Shown one piece after another: positions 1 to 13,199 of a stretch of 64,000 nucleotides of DNA (position 1 is the stretch's first letter; each line of letters opens with the position of its first letter). The DNA is from Balanoglossus misakiensis (lineage: Eukaryota; Animalia; Hemichordata). The notes under the pieces are model-generated. The model saw nothing but the letters and a program-made list of their open reading frames with translations. It was not told the DNA's origin and did not search any database. The position numbers were made by a program, and so were the translations under genes. The DNA lies in the NCBI GenBank assembly GCA_040954595.2, contig CM082582.2:2774303-2838302 (forward strand), given 5' to 3'.

Positions 1-1630
1 AGCCACATCTATATATAATGGGACGATCCAACTCCAATGACGTTGATCAGCTGTCATATGTTGAAACCAGAGTAGAAGATCTAAAATGTGCAACAGGACC
101 AATAACATCCGACGAAGGTTCCAGGGAATACACAGATGTCCACCGATTTGTTCATGGCGATGGACCGCCACAGGAGTTTGAGGATTGGCACCAGAAAGGA
201 GGTCACTACCAGTGCATCTGTGGAATAGAGTCAAGAAGACATGATGATCTGTCTGCATGTTACCATCTGAAATATCTGTCAATAGATGAGAAACGTAACT
301 TGTTAATCAAGGGAAGCCCAATATGGAGAGAAAAGTCACGGCAAACTCCCCATCCATTTGCCAACTTAACAGTGGCCGACCTTAGGAGAGAGCTTGATGC
401 TAGGGGTGAAGAAACCGAAGGATTAAAGAAGCCAGACTTACAATCTAAACTCTCTGAAATTTTACATGGTATGCAGAGAGTACCAGCACTGCTCCATCTC
501 ACTCCAGAATGTAATCTTGCTGAAATAAACTGCTCTGCATATGAAATTTTGCCATCAGAGCCACTCCATGACCTGAAGGGACACATTCACAATGTGTTAG
601 AGGATTCCAGCACAAACCAAGGATAAATAAGAAGCAGTAAAGTTACAGAACTTTATTCAGGCTACATATGGTGGTAAAGACGAAATTCGGGGATGCGATG
701 CACGCAAAGCTATCCTTCTGGTGTCCCAGTATCTTCACGAGAACAACATAAATACTGAGCATGGTCAGCTTATTGACACGCTTGCTGAAATAAGCGAAAC
801 TGCTTATAAACATGACAATGACAGATGCCCACGACTGATTCTGCGATTGTATTTTTGCATGGAATATTGTGCAAAAGGGTATTTGAGAAGCCAAAGAAAC
901 TTACCAAACGAAAGATGTTCGGGCGGTATTTCCATAACATCACCGTCCATCTACCTGATCAACTGAGATTGGTTTCTCTGCGGTCAACAAATGCTGAAAA
1001 CCAGGAGCGAGTTTTCAATCGAATACGGAGAGTGACGAAAACAACTTCCTCCAAGCGTCCAGGTGGTATCATAGGTAATGCCATGATACGTCTAGGTGCA
1101 GAAGAAGAGATGACAAAAGAAAGAGATCCATCACAAATTATAGAATCTGAAATTAGCAAAATTGGAAAGCAGCTCCCAAAACGTCAGAATACAGTAATCC
1201 CTGAGGACGAAATACTGCGACGACCAACACTACTGCAAAGCCACTATGAAAGGATTGCAGATTTCTTGCTGCCAGGAGAAGGTGTATTGTGGCAGACACA
1301 TGAGGAAGCAATAGAGTTTACAACTCTGATACCCAGGATGATTTCAAGGTATCTGCAGTGCAATTTAGTCCCAAATATTTTAACTCACACTTTTATTTCT
1401 TTTCAATAACAATTACTGTTGATTATATGCAGACATAATACAACAGATTGCATGGTGTTTTGGGACAGGATAAACTAATCTAAAATATAGTATCAAAGCA
1501 TCAAAAATTACATCTATACATGCCCTGTCTTTTTCATGGAACTTTTCTGTCAAGCAGGTTCTGTTATTTTTTGTGACGAGCAACCTCCATTTTTACAAAT
1601 AATAGAACTATTCTCGGATATCCCACATTT

Positions 1631-1990
1631 TTTATGGCTTTCTAAAAAGGTCTCTCACTCGCTGCCCTTTTTCTTTTTGTGTTTGATACAAAACACCATT
1701 TATGTTAATGTACATGTGTATATGTAGTGAATGAACGTTCAACCACACACAAGTTCCACCATGCTTGTATATGAGAGTAAAAACTCGCCCAAAATGAATA
1801 AATGGTAGAGACCGATTGTTCATTTTGGCAAGGTTTTTCACTCTTGTGTCTACAAGCAGGATGGAAGGTGTGTGTGGTTGAATGTTCATTCAGTATATAT
1901 CCACATGTACATTAACATAAACAGTTTCTTGAATGAAACATAATATTAATGGGAAAAGGGCAGCGAGAGAGAGAGACTTTGTCCCTTTAA
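1631..1990. mobile_element. Palindromic Kolobok-type MITE in an intron of the RAG1-like gene
   Basis: Fold-back structure (ctctcactcgctgccc near 1652 vs gggcagcgagagagag near 1958), right end gtccctttaa, and a related copy at 18439-18642. Confidence 0.55.
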
Positions 1991-3319
1991 CAGCATGCAA
2001 ATCCTTATTTATTTTGGAAAATTCTATTGTAAAAATTGTCCAAGATTATAGCACTTACATTAGCCATTGGTGTTGTGTGTAAACTGTTATATAAAGAATG
2101 TTTGATCAATCTCCTTACCTGTTTATTTCTATAGGAACCAGGACCTCATCTGCATCATTTCCGGTCATAATCTCTGCAAAAGGTACAATGTGATATCAAC
2201 AGGTGTTGGTAAGATTGTGTGGACAGAGTAAGAAGTGAAGCAATTGCTTTACCAATCCACAAGATAAAGCTCTATGACAGCAATGGTGAAAGAAGTGGTA
2301 GCCTCACTGTCACAGGCTTTCAAGATGATGGCAGACGTAAGAGCATATTACATCACAGTCAAACCAAATAAGTGACTTCATCTGTATGCATATAATTTGG
2401 GGGGAAACATTACTTTCAAAAATATGAATTTCTTTCACTTCAGCCTGTCAAAATTAATTGACCTATATATACCCAGCCATGTTCAACTTTCAATACCACA
2501 TGAATTCAATGAAAGTATATCTAATGGGCGAAATGTGTTGCTTCTCGCCTGATTTAGCAAAATTGAGTGACATAAATACTGGCTGGAACGGCTTAGTTAA
2601 ATGAACTTTTGAAAGTATTTTTGAATTATGATTAGTCTATCACAGTAATAAATTTTGAGATAACACTATATAATACAAGCACTACAAAAAAATGTCAATA
2701 TTTTATACTACCTTATAGAATCCGAGGAAATTCCAGAGCATCCAATTGGTGTAGATGATGATGACCATGACTTGTTGATTGATCCTGGTTCCCATGAACA
2801 CATCCTCTCAGTAGAAGATGATATACTTGCCCCTGATATCACCATGGACATGAATGACATCGAGCCGACAAGTGTACCTGAAAGGAACATGACATTACAT
2901 GGTAGCAATGCTGAGGAGACCCGTTGCAGTATACCAATAGAAGATACAAGACAGACACAGCATAGTACAGGGGAAGACATCAACATGACAGACTGTGATT
3001 TGGAAACAGAGCACACTGAGGAGACAGTTGAAGCAGAAAGGATGGAAGTCAATGGTATGGAAAATTGCTGCACTCAAGAAGGTAACTATTACTATAGTGA
3101 AGTTACCATGTATGGGATTGTTCATTTCAAGGTTCCACTCATTCTTATTTCCTCCCCCCCCCCCCATCCCCAAATAAATCTGCAAGCCCACATTCCAAAC
3201 ACATAGTTATGTCACAGTGCAGGAGATAGTCATTTCAATTTTATTTTAGAAAGGAAAGATAAATGTGTGTGAGCGGGAAAAGATATGAAACATGACACAC
3301 CCACATATATGTACATTAA

Positions 3320-3751
3320 TAATATACCTCATGCTAATACTGTGCCGTGATTCGCCAGAATCCGTCACGTGATAGGAAAATAGAATCGACTATGAACCGC
3401 TAGGGAAATAGCAGAAAAAATATAAACCGGTCACGTGACCCGCGTGAGTGCGCAGACTCGGTCACGTCAATCAGCGTCGCGTCGTCTGACACAATGGCCA
3501 CCACTGAAGATGTCGTCTGCCAGCCTCAAGAAAAAATTGCAAGATTTTCCCAGCTGTTAGCATGAGGTTTATTATAAAACACCTATAGCCTGGCCTATAT
3601 TCGGGCCATAGCAGCCGTTTTTACCCCCTCGTGACTGTGAGTTACCAGAATCATATGCTATTTCCCTCGGCCGCATATGATTCTGGTAACTCACAGCCCC
3701 TCGGGTCTAATAAACGGCCGCTATGGCCCTCATGGCCAGGCAATAGGTGTT
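3320..3751. mobile_element. Non-autonomous 'inverted repeat + terminal hairpin' element (Crypton-like architecture)
   Basis: IR acctcatgctaa (~3324) / ttagcatgaggt (~3557), followed by a ~175-bp hairpin 3578-3751 containing the perfect arm pair ctgtgagttaccagaatcatatgc / gcatatgattctggtaactcacag. Confidence 0.6.
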
Positions 3752-5631
3752 CAATATTTCATGTTGACCTTGTGGAACCCCAGGTCAGTTTAAGTGGCCC
3801 AAAAGGAAATCACTTTAAGAAAAACTCATTATTATTGCTGTTAAACCTTAATGTTGTTTTCTTGTTTGCATTCAGGCAAGTCAAGTATCAAAGAAGTTGC
3901 CAAATCAACAGCAAAGATAACAGCCACACATGAAGAGTCATCAATCTCAGAGTAAAGTTAGTGATACTTCTTCAACCACGATGGACAGTCTGATATTTGT
4001 CCTTGGAGAGACAAAAGAAGTCAAATAATTTGATAAATCACGAAATTCTTTGAAGGCCCTTCCCAATGATAAGAAGTTAATAAATGAATATATAGAAGCG
4101 AAGGTGAAAGTAGGAACAAAGCTGATGAAATCATACAGAATAGCCAAGCTGTCAATCAAAGAGTGGGAACAAGAATATTGCATAAATCATGGGGGTTGTG
4201 CACCAAATTTGGAAGATTACAAGAGAAATAAACGTATATTGAAATTGTACAAACAAACAAAAATGGCAACACATTTTTTGAAACGCTGGAATATTGATTA
4301 TAACTGAGAGGTGAAGTATTTCCAGCGGTATGTGCATGCAATTTGATTACTCAGTGTGGACATATTTTGTACACTACACGTACATTCAGAAATATGGCAT
4401 ATTTTTCTAATGACATGGAGATTTTTGTGACTTCTGATGCAGAGTAAATATACAAGATATTGTTAACTTTGGTGAATTTAAGTTCATTTTGTTGTGGTTT
4501 AATTTACTGTAAATAATTTTTCCAAATGTTTGCATTGTATAATTTACTTCCAAATCAGATGTTCTTTCCTTGTCATTTGCTACCAAAATTTAGTACCAAA
4601 TGCATGGCATTTGTATGTCTGTGTTCAGGCTGTGGCCACAACCAATCTTGTAGCTGTGGCTGAGACTTTCAATTTTCTGCTTGATGTTGTCACAGACATT
4701 TTCTTAATATATCGTATACTAATGTTATATGTCAGTTTAATAAACAATAACTTTGTAGTTTTGAATTTTGGTGGAAAGGCAATCATCTATATTTGTCACT
4801 CATAAAAATGCACATTTCTTGACAATGTTGTTGAACCACTTCTCCCAAAATAATGGGACCCTTTGGTTTCAACCCCCAACCTGGCAATGTTCAAATCTCA
4901 CATTGTAAACACCACCTGCACCTGCACTTTATTAATACAAGGAGACTGGAAACAGTGTGCTACACAATAAATTGAGACAAAGGAGTGTTACAAGACTTAA
5001 CAAACAAGTAATTAACATATGGCCTAGTTGCACAGGAAAATGTTACAAACAAGTTTTTCCCGCCCAAGTCAGAGTGTGCGTGGCGTGGGTCCATAGCTGC
5101 AGCTGTGGTGTTTTCTGGCTAATTGTACTTTTCCTTTTTACGGGCTCTTTTTCCGTGTCGATCAGAAAATTGCCCGCAAAATGTCAGACAAAAATTGCCA
5201 GAAAACACCAGAGCTATGACCCAGAATGAGATTATACTTAGGCCGTCCTCTGCATGCCATACTATCGATCGCATGTACAGAACGAAACTCGCATCACATG
5301 CAAACCGAAAATAGCTGATAAGAACTTACCTTCATTGTACAGTTTACCGTAAAAAGCAGTCTTACACCGACGATTACGTTGGCAGGAAATGAAGGCATCG
5401 ACTAAAACAACATGAATCGGATGTACCGCGTACCGCCCACACGATGCACATGTCTGTCGCGATACAATACCATAGACTATTTTACTTCTGTCCATTCGCT
5501 CGCAAACGTCGTTTTCTGAATGTGTTATGAGCTTTGGGCACATTTAAGGACCGAAACGGGGAGATTTTTGACATTTTTTTGCCGAATTTTCGTCAAAACC
5601 TCGCCGTTTCGGTCCACGCCCGCCCACACAT

Positions 5632-6366
5632 CATGGAGGTACTAGAGAGAAGGAGCGAGGACGCTATTGTTTCCTATAAACCCCATGTGCGTCTTAATCT
5701 GTTTGCAAATAACATTAGGATCTCATCCTTTTATCACCTGATAGGCGTTCATAAAAGCTGTGCGCTTGCGTAGATAAACAAATTATAGCTGGCGGCGTGT
5801 CTCCATGATTTACATTTAGCATATTCAACCAGACCAAACTGCTGTGCCGAAAGTCTCTGCACTAGCAATTACAATGGTGACTATCGGGTATCCCACACCA
5901 TCCCACGCGAACAAAAATACTTGCATCGGGAAGATTGGTTTTCAAAGAAAACCTAAGAACTTATTGTTTTTTGCGGAAGTTTGCGAAAAACTCAAAATAT
6001 ACATTTCAAAATCATGCTTTTTGGTTGTACAAAGAAGAAAAATAACGCCACAAGTCTTCCAAGACGTCCGCCTGACACGTTTCCGGTAGTGGTGATGCGT
6101 AAACTTCACCCCTAGATGTAAATAAAAGTCACCACGCATATGTAGTACGCTCGTCCGCGATGTGCGCATAGTGTTTTTAATATCATAGAAATATTACCCC
6201 GTAGATCTTGCAAACCTAACTGTAAAATCGGCGGTAACGCACAGTGGGTTCAAAGGACGCTATCAACACAGAAACACAAAGACTTAAGAAGCTTATCACA
6301 CTTCAGAAGAAAGGGAGTTAATCCGCTTAAAATCCGTCCTCGCTCCTTCTCTCTAGTACCTCCATG
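5632..6366. mobile_element. Non-autonomous P-element-like MITE (735 bp)
   Basis: Perfect 32-bp TIR catggaggtactagagagaaggagcgaggacg (5632-5663 / 6335-6366), CAT...ATG ends, 7-bp target-site duplication cacacat (5625-5631, 6367-6373). Confidence 0.85.
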
Positions 6367-6505
6367 CACACATGCTGAAGCCTTGGAAACCACCTAAGCT
6401 CGGCAATGTGTGTGTGCTCATGAATATGTAATATCTAATTCGCATATTCATGAAAAAGTAACCAAAAAAACAGGAAAACATGTTTAAAATACCAATAAAA
6501 AATTT

Positions 6506-7866
6506 AACAAGTGACCTATCGGTCAAAAGAGCTCTGCTGACTTTAACAGTGTAATTTGGGCAATGATGGTAATACCCTATAGGTTTTAATTCATAACAAT
6601 TAATGGGTGAGTATGTTGTTTTGTTGTTTGTGTACATACATGTACAAAGCTTGTACAACAAACCGTAAAAACGGCCTCCTCAAGGAATTTATTACTTTCA
6701 AAAGTTTCAGCAGCAAAATTGACATTTCAAACTAACCAACTTTGAGCTAAATGCTTTTAAATTTCTCCCCTATCTCATTCTATTGAACAAAACCAAACAT
6801 AGACATCATAAGTACATGTATATATCCAAATTCAGCTCGATTCATTGTGCTAAAGAAACAAAAAATTGAATCCTAAAGAACAACATCAAAAGGAAACACC
6901 AAGGTTCTAATTTGCATATTCATGACCCCATCAAAATTCAAATTAACAAAATCAGGTAGGGGCACAATAACACACATTCCTACCAAATTTCCGCTCCATT
7001 GTACATGTAGTTATGGAGAAGAAGATTTTTGACCAAAAATTCTATTTTTAGATCTAATTTGTATATTCATGACCCCATCAAAATTCCGATTAACAAAATC
7101 AGGTAGGGGCACCATAACACACATTCCTACCAAATTTCAGCTCCATCGAACATGTAGTTGTGGAGAAGAAGATTTTTGACCGAAAATTATATTTTTAGAT
7201 CTAATTTGCATATTGATGACCCGATCAAATCTAAATTAACAAAATCAGGTAGGGGCACCATAACACACATTCCTACCAAATTTCAGCTCCACCGTAAATG
7301 TAGCTAGGGAGAAGAAGATTTCTGACCAAAAATTCTATTTTTAGATCTAATTTGCATATTCATGACCCCATCAAATCCAAATTAACAAAATCAGGTAGGG
7401 GCACCATAACACACATTCCTACCAAATTTCAGGTCCATTGTACATGTAGTTGTGGAGAAGAAGATTTTTACCAAAAGTTCTATTTTTAGATCTAATTTGC
7501 ATATTCATGACCCCATCAAATCCAAATTTACAAAATCGGGTAGGGGCACCATAACACTCATTCCTGCCAAATTTCAGGTCCATTGCACATGTAGTTGTGG
7601 AGAAGAAGATTTTTACCAAAAGTTCTATTTTTAGATCTAATTTGCATATTCATGACCCCATCAAATCCAAATTAACAAAATCAGTTAAAGGCACCATAAC
7701 ACACATTCCAACCAAATTTCAGCTAAATATGCCCAGTTGTTTTAAAGAAGAAGATTGAAATACAAAAAGTTGACAGACGACGGACGACAGACGACGGACG
7801 ACGGACGGACACTTATCAACCTACTGCTACAGCTCGGCTGACACAAGTGACAGCAGAGCTAAAAAA
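6506..7866 (+). mobile_element. Helentron-associated non-autonomous element (HINE/DINE-1-like)
   Basis: Starts tt|aacaag, subterminal IR agctctgctg (6530-6539), internal tandem repeats, GACG/GACA microsatellite at 7772-7810, 3' stem-loop agctcggctg...cagcagagct (7831-7860) followed by an A-run. Confidence 0.75.
6906..7760. repeat. Tandem repeat, ~146-bp unit, ~6 copies, inside the HINE
   Basis: The atcaggtagggg motif or a close variant recurs at 6951, 7098, 7244, 7390, 7535 and 7680 (spacing 145-147). Confidence 0.95.
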
Positions 7867-7956
7867 CTAAACATTTTCAGTTTTTCTTTATTTACAATTT
7901 GATATATTTTTAGATTTTCAGTCAACATTTTTTTAATTTTTCGAGTTTTTTTAAAC

Positions 7957-10900
7957 ATGCCGGGTTCAGAGATTTGTCCTTCCATGACTAGGGAAGCAAT
8001 CAGGGATCGTAACATACGTCGGGTGCGGGATAACACTGTCCGCGGAAATGTTGATTTTGTTGCCCCAACTACTGAAGATAAGACAGCAATTCAACGTAAA
8101 ATTTCAAAGCTTCGAACTCTGATGAAGGAGGGTAGGGCAACAAATTTTGACGTCTTATCAACGGTACTTGATTTCTTCCTGACGAGTCACGAAACGAACG
8201 GCAATGGTGGTATGCGTGACGAACCAGAAGAAGGTGCTTTCCACGAACCCGTGTACCAGAGGTGTCCAATAGAACGGACTGATGACCAGATGTATTTGAC
8301 AACGACCCTCTCTGTCCAGAACCTCGTAAAAACTGTCGAATCACACTCCGGAGCATGTCGAGGAACTCTTGCCTCAAAGCGCACGACTATGATGGGCCAC
8401 GCGGGGAGGGTCAGTTTCAAGTGCGAGGAAGGTCACGGATTCAATTGGAATTCTTCGCCGTATTTACCAAACGGGAGACTACTCGTCAACTACAGGTAAG
8501 TGTAAATACAGTGACATTGTATGATACGGACTTTTATTGTTTTTTCATCTTTTATTTACCCAGAATACGTCAATGTATTATGCTCTCGCGTCGTAACTTT
8601 GAAATGCTATGAACATTATCCAACAGATTGTTACACGGGTTGTTGTCAGCTGGCGTACGGACGCGGACTTATGACACTGTAACCAGCGGTGCAAATATGG
8701 GGTCGTTGAAGGACAAGTATAGAACGAAATGTAAGCTTACACTTTTTTTATAGCTGAAACTATCTAGTTTTATATTTATTTGTGATCAGTCCTTCTTTTA
8801 GTGTGGTCAACTTACATTGATTCTCAGACTGTTTCAATATATTGTATGACCATGGAGTTACAGACATGACTGCAGCATATAAAGACATGTCAAGACAATT
8901 TTTTTTTTCCAAATGTATTAACTGTCGACCATCATCACAGTCACCCCATGACTGTGCTGGCATATAAAGTAGGCAAATCATCACTAATATTTCTCGTCTG
9001 TCTGTTTTTTTTATTCAGTTTTTGAGAAGTACCGACAAACTGTCCACAATGAAGCGGTCAAATCCGTGGATGATGCATTAAACGAGGTATGACATTTCAC
9101 CACCCAAAAACAACTAAATAAATGTTATTTGATATTTTTATCATGCCACATTTTATCCGCGTGTTCATATAGGCCTAATACATTTTGTTTTTGAATCCAA
9201 TTTCAGGAAATCGCATCGGAAGACCGCACCATTAAGCTGGGGATTGAAAATATGAGCGATGCACGACACGGTACACGAAAGAATGCACAAAACTCTGACA
9301 TAGTTGTACTTGGTGACATGTATGTAACAACTTTTCGTTAGAAATAACATTTTTCATCTCTATGGCAATGATGGTTATATGTATGGTAATGTGTTACCCT
9401 TACACGCACTCAATCGCATCGCTATTTCTGTCGACAGTGAGTATTGTGTTTGGCATCAACACTACTTCTCCGAACTGACATGCCACATGCTTTGACGTAT
9501 ACTGTTATTGTAATATATGGCAATTTTGGATTAAATTCGACTAACTTTATTTGTAACTATTTGTCTTTGTTTTAGAACCCATAAGTGCATCCATAAGAAG
9601 TTGGTCAGGAAGCACGATGACCCGTGTTCCCAAAGACACGAGATGTTTGGGATCAGGCGATTTTATAACTGGGCTGATGAAAAAGGTAAAACATAGTATT
9701 AACACGGTGCTTTCCCATCGGTATCAGTAAAATCCTTGCTAAATGTTTTTACAAAACTAGACGCATGTACATGAACCACATATAAAACGATAATTATAAT
9801 TCTATGCAAGAAAATATGTCACACTGACAACCGGCTATTGCAAATGATTACATTTACAGGGGTTCCAATTTTAGTTCATGGCCACAACAACGCGTCTGTA
9901 AACAAATTCCTGCGAGAGGAAAGGCCAGATACCATCAGCAGCAACGACACATGGCATGGTAAGGCTTCATTCTTACTTGACAGGGGAAGGTGTAGCAGCA
10001 AAAACACTCCAATTTAGTACATGTACATAAGGACGTCACATACATTTTTAGCTGACGACTTTTGATCATCTGTAAACTTATAATTTGAAAGTGAATATGT
10101 GAATTCAGGTTTGTTTTCAAGGCAGAGTTGCATCAATCCAGGCACCATTAATTGATTCTGTTTCATCGTGTACACGTGGGCGAGGAGCTGTAACATCAAT
10201 GCTTGTTTTTATTTTACAGTTACCAAGGCAATAGGCCGAGAGATGAAACGAGTAACCACGGGGACACAACGAAACATGAACGTAACCTGGCATCCTGAAC
10301 TTGCAGATAAAGGTAAAATCACACACATTTTATGTTTTCTCAATCGCAATGTTAAGTTTTCACTTTTGGTCAGGTATCTGTGGTTACGAGTTTCTGTTTC
10401 ATGTTCAGTTTTATGCGTTGAATATTTTTTTTTCTCTTATGCAGCTTTGAAAATGGAGATATTAAACGTAAAGCCATTTCGTTTGTGATAACAATTATTA
10501 CAAATTCAACTATGTGTTCACCTCTCCACAGGGGCCAATGTAAAGACACATTGCTACTGGGCCATGACACGGGCAAAACAACACCTTCTGGGCAATGGCA
10601 ACACAACCCGGGCACGAACCGAAGCAGCGGCGCTAATCCGAAAAAAATTAGACAATATTGTCGCTCATTATCAGGTAATTACCTTTGAATGAAACAAAAA
10701 TAACTTTTTTGATTAAATAAAATAGTTGAAAATGTAACCATCGCCATCACACATTCTTTTAAAGTTATCTGTGGATGCCAACATCAGGACAAAACCGTGA
10801 CTGTGCTTCTTAATTTCCATCAAATAGACGGTACATGTTATCTTTTCGATCTGTAGGATAATCACGCTGGGTGTGACCCAAAATCGAGGTGTCGGAATAG

Positions 10901-12928
10901 CGCGAATTACGAAGCATCGTTCCGCCCAATCAGGCAATCGAAAGCAGCTGACCTCCTGAGGCATGCTGTTAGAAAGACGCAGCTGTACAAGAAGCCAGAG
11001 AATTATGTTGATGTGAGTTTTTTTAAGTATTACATAGCATGAGGTAAATGTAGGTGTGCTTAGCTATGTGTATTGAATGACAATGTTTTTATATATAATC
11101 CCATGATATTTTTCTTTGTTTGACGTCATCGTATACGAGTGGTTTTCGCGGAGCCGTGCAACTTCGAGCCGTAGGCGAGAAGTTGTACGACTCCGCGAAA
11201 ACCACGAGTATACGATGACGTTAAACAAAGAAAAATATCATGGGATTATATATTTATCACATGAACAGTCTTCTTATTTTCGTTAGAAGAGGTAGGGTTA
11301 AAATATTCCAATATCTTGCTAAAATATTCGAGCGGCCTTGCAGTTTATTTAGCGGGATTACGTTCTTTCCCCTGCGCAACGATCTGTGGCCCCCACGAGA
11401 TATGCTAATTATGGAATCCCTTTCATTCATAAAGTGAAATCGACTTTCAAGTTTATACACTTTTGCGTCTTGTCTACCAATCAGATTCGCGGAGTCAGTC
11501 ACATGGGCCGAATTTTGATACATTCTGCCTGTCAATCATCGTCTCGCGCTGTGTACATGTCAACACAACGTCCTAGCAAGTCATCGCGTCGAGTTCGCCC
11601 GCAAAGTTATGCTGCGAGTCGCAGTTTGACAGAAAAAATGACGCGCTTCATGTAAAACTGTATGAAAAAATAACAGTTCCATCGCCATATATCCTAAAAC
11701 CGTTATTGTGGCAGGATATTAAAAATATTAGTCCAGGAACGATGTTCAAGGTTGCGTTTTCGTCGGCCTGGCTAGTCAGTGCAGTTGTGTTTCCGCAGAA
11801 ACTACAACCCTCGTACAGAATCTCATCCTCGAACCCCAAACAAATGTTTTCGATGCTCAAACAAATGAACTGCGACGTTTTTCCACGTCTTATACATTTC
11901 GTTGACCGGTGGACAGAATACAGAGTGTTAGTCGTCCCGCTCAGGTGGCTCGAAACCATTCTCGTAACTTCCGTAAGCCTAAAATCAAGTGTGCTGGCTC
12001 GCTCGGGATCGACCAGGCTCGCTAGCTGCAAGCACACATTCACGATCGTAGCGTCAACTTTTCAAATTCTACCTTTCTCGTATTGATTTTACCCGGCGAT
12101 ATTCTTATGCAACCTCAACTACGGGTACATCCACTTGTTATTCCGTTTTACAAGAAAGTTACAGCGACGGGCGAATCAGCGAAAATAGTTCCGGTTGATG
12201 ACGTAGAACAGGGGAAAATTCGGATTTTTTGTTCGACCTGTTCTACGTCACACAGGTCGCTATACGGGCCAGTTCATGTGATAAAGCTTGAAACACGATT
12301 TCAGAATACAGGTACATGTAGTTACAATGTGAAGTGTTTGAACACCACCATGCAGCAGATAGAGCATAGCAGTATTTCTCTCAGGCTTTCTTGTACCGAG
12401 ATTATGCATTGTAGTTTTTGTCAGCTATATGCAGACACGATTACGGAAAACCAAAGTCTCTACTCTTTGTAAAGATTTTATTTTATTTTCCATTCTAGTG
12501 TAAAGACACACACTATGTTGAGAGCTTCAACAATGTTGCGCATCCCATTAAAAAAAAACTCCTATAAATTTAGGAGTGATCTCACCTGTCTGGACTGGGT
12601 AAGTTTTATTTTATTTCCGAGTGTGTTCATGTTTTCCCCATGATAATTTACAATGTTTCTGTGCAAGCTTATCACTGACAAAACAATAAAATATGACGCA
12701 GAAGCGAAAGTGGTGTTAGTTTCGCAGTTTATTGAAACTGTTACTTGAACACTGTCTAATTCCCAGAATGAGAATGTAGACCGGCCGTCAACCAATACCA
12801 GGAGGAGTCGGCGAGGAAGGCAGTACAGGAGGAGGTCTGAGCGCAGGGTATTGACGGAAAAAACAAGTCGTTGGAGGACCAATGTGTGGAGGCGTTTTGT
12901 CAAAGAAGTTTTTAGTCCCTCTCTGTAG
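7957..12928 (+). pseudogene. Kolobok-type DDE transposase gene, 11 exons, probably inactivated
   Basis: GT-AG exons at ~7957-8495, 8627-8730, 9019-9086, 9207-9319, 9576-9685, 9860-9958, 10220-10312, 10531-10673, 10857-11012, 12499-12598 and 12767-12928 splice in frame up to exon 10. Motifs: SDARHGTRKNA, DDPCSQRHE, HGHNNASVNK, NDTWH, DNIVAHYQDNHAGC, DTHYVESFNN, LDWNEN. Exon 10 is frameshifted after ESFNNVA. Confidence 0.75.
11091..12285. mobile_element. Non-autonomous hairpin + IR element in intron 9 of the Kolobok gene
   Basis: Near-perfect ~163-bp palindrome 11091-11253 with loop gagccgtaggc, then a perfect 14-bp IR tttatcacatgaac (11253-11266) / gttcatgtgataaa (12272-12285). Confidence 0.7.
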
Positions 12929-13199
12929 AAACCCAGAGACGTATGCTCTAGTGCATACACATACCAAACGGCCCTTATCAGGGCCACCACATCCTTCAAA
13001 AAGAGAACTACCGTAATCACCAAAACACTTCGTAATAAAAAATTAAAAAGAAATGCACAAATCATTACACAGGCACACATACTCACATATAAAAGTGAAT
13101 AAAGAAGTACACTACACACCCGAGGATATGACTTTGGTGTTATTTTAATGTACCATTCATTTTTGTCTAAAACAATCACCACTCAAAGAAAACTGCCAA

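Larger units (their letters stand above)
18..4307 (+). pseudogene. RAG1/Transib-like DDE transposase gene with inserted SAP domain; 5' part lies outside the window; frameshifted, intron-containing
   Basis: Stitching ORFs 18-626, 721-966 and 825-1409 gives, in RAG1-core order: HGDGPPQEFE...GGHYQCICG (acidic residue plus Cys pair), SAP-like LTVADLRRELDARG...KKPDLQSKL, EPLHDLKGH, RGCDARK (cf. RAG1 GNFARK), YFHNITVHLP...NAENQERVF (cf. RAG1 YFHKTLAHVP...SEGNESGN). Frameshifts near 603 and 850 and an in-frame stop near 628. Likely further exons at ~2134-2336, ~2720-3081 and ~3876-4307 bounded by AG/GT sites. Confidence 0.65.

Noticed and set aside
6240-6278. CACAGTG + 23 bp + agaaacaca as an RSS-like terminus for the RAG1-like gene
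   Set aside because: The nonamer matches only 6/9, it lies inside a separate MITE, and no partner or TSD is visible; compatible with chance.
4310-7950. RAG2-like partner gene expected next to a RAG1-like gene
   Set aside because: No kelch/PHD-like coding sequence is recognisable; the interval is explained by UTR-like DNA, a MITE and a HINE.
12562-13182. 206-aa hydrophobic minus-strand ORF
   Set aside because: Antisense to the last exons and AT-rich 3' region of the Kolobok gene; no recognisable domain.
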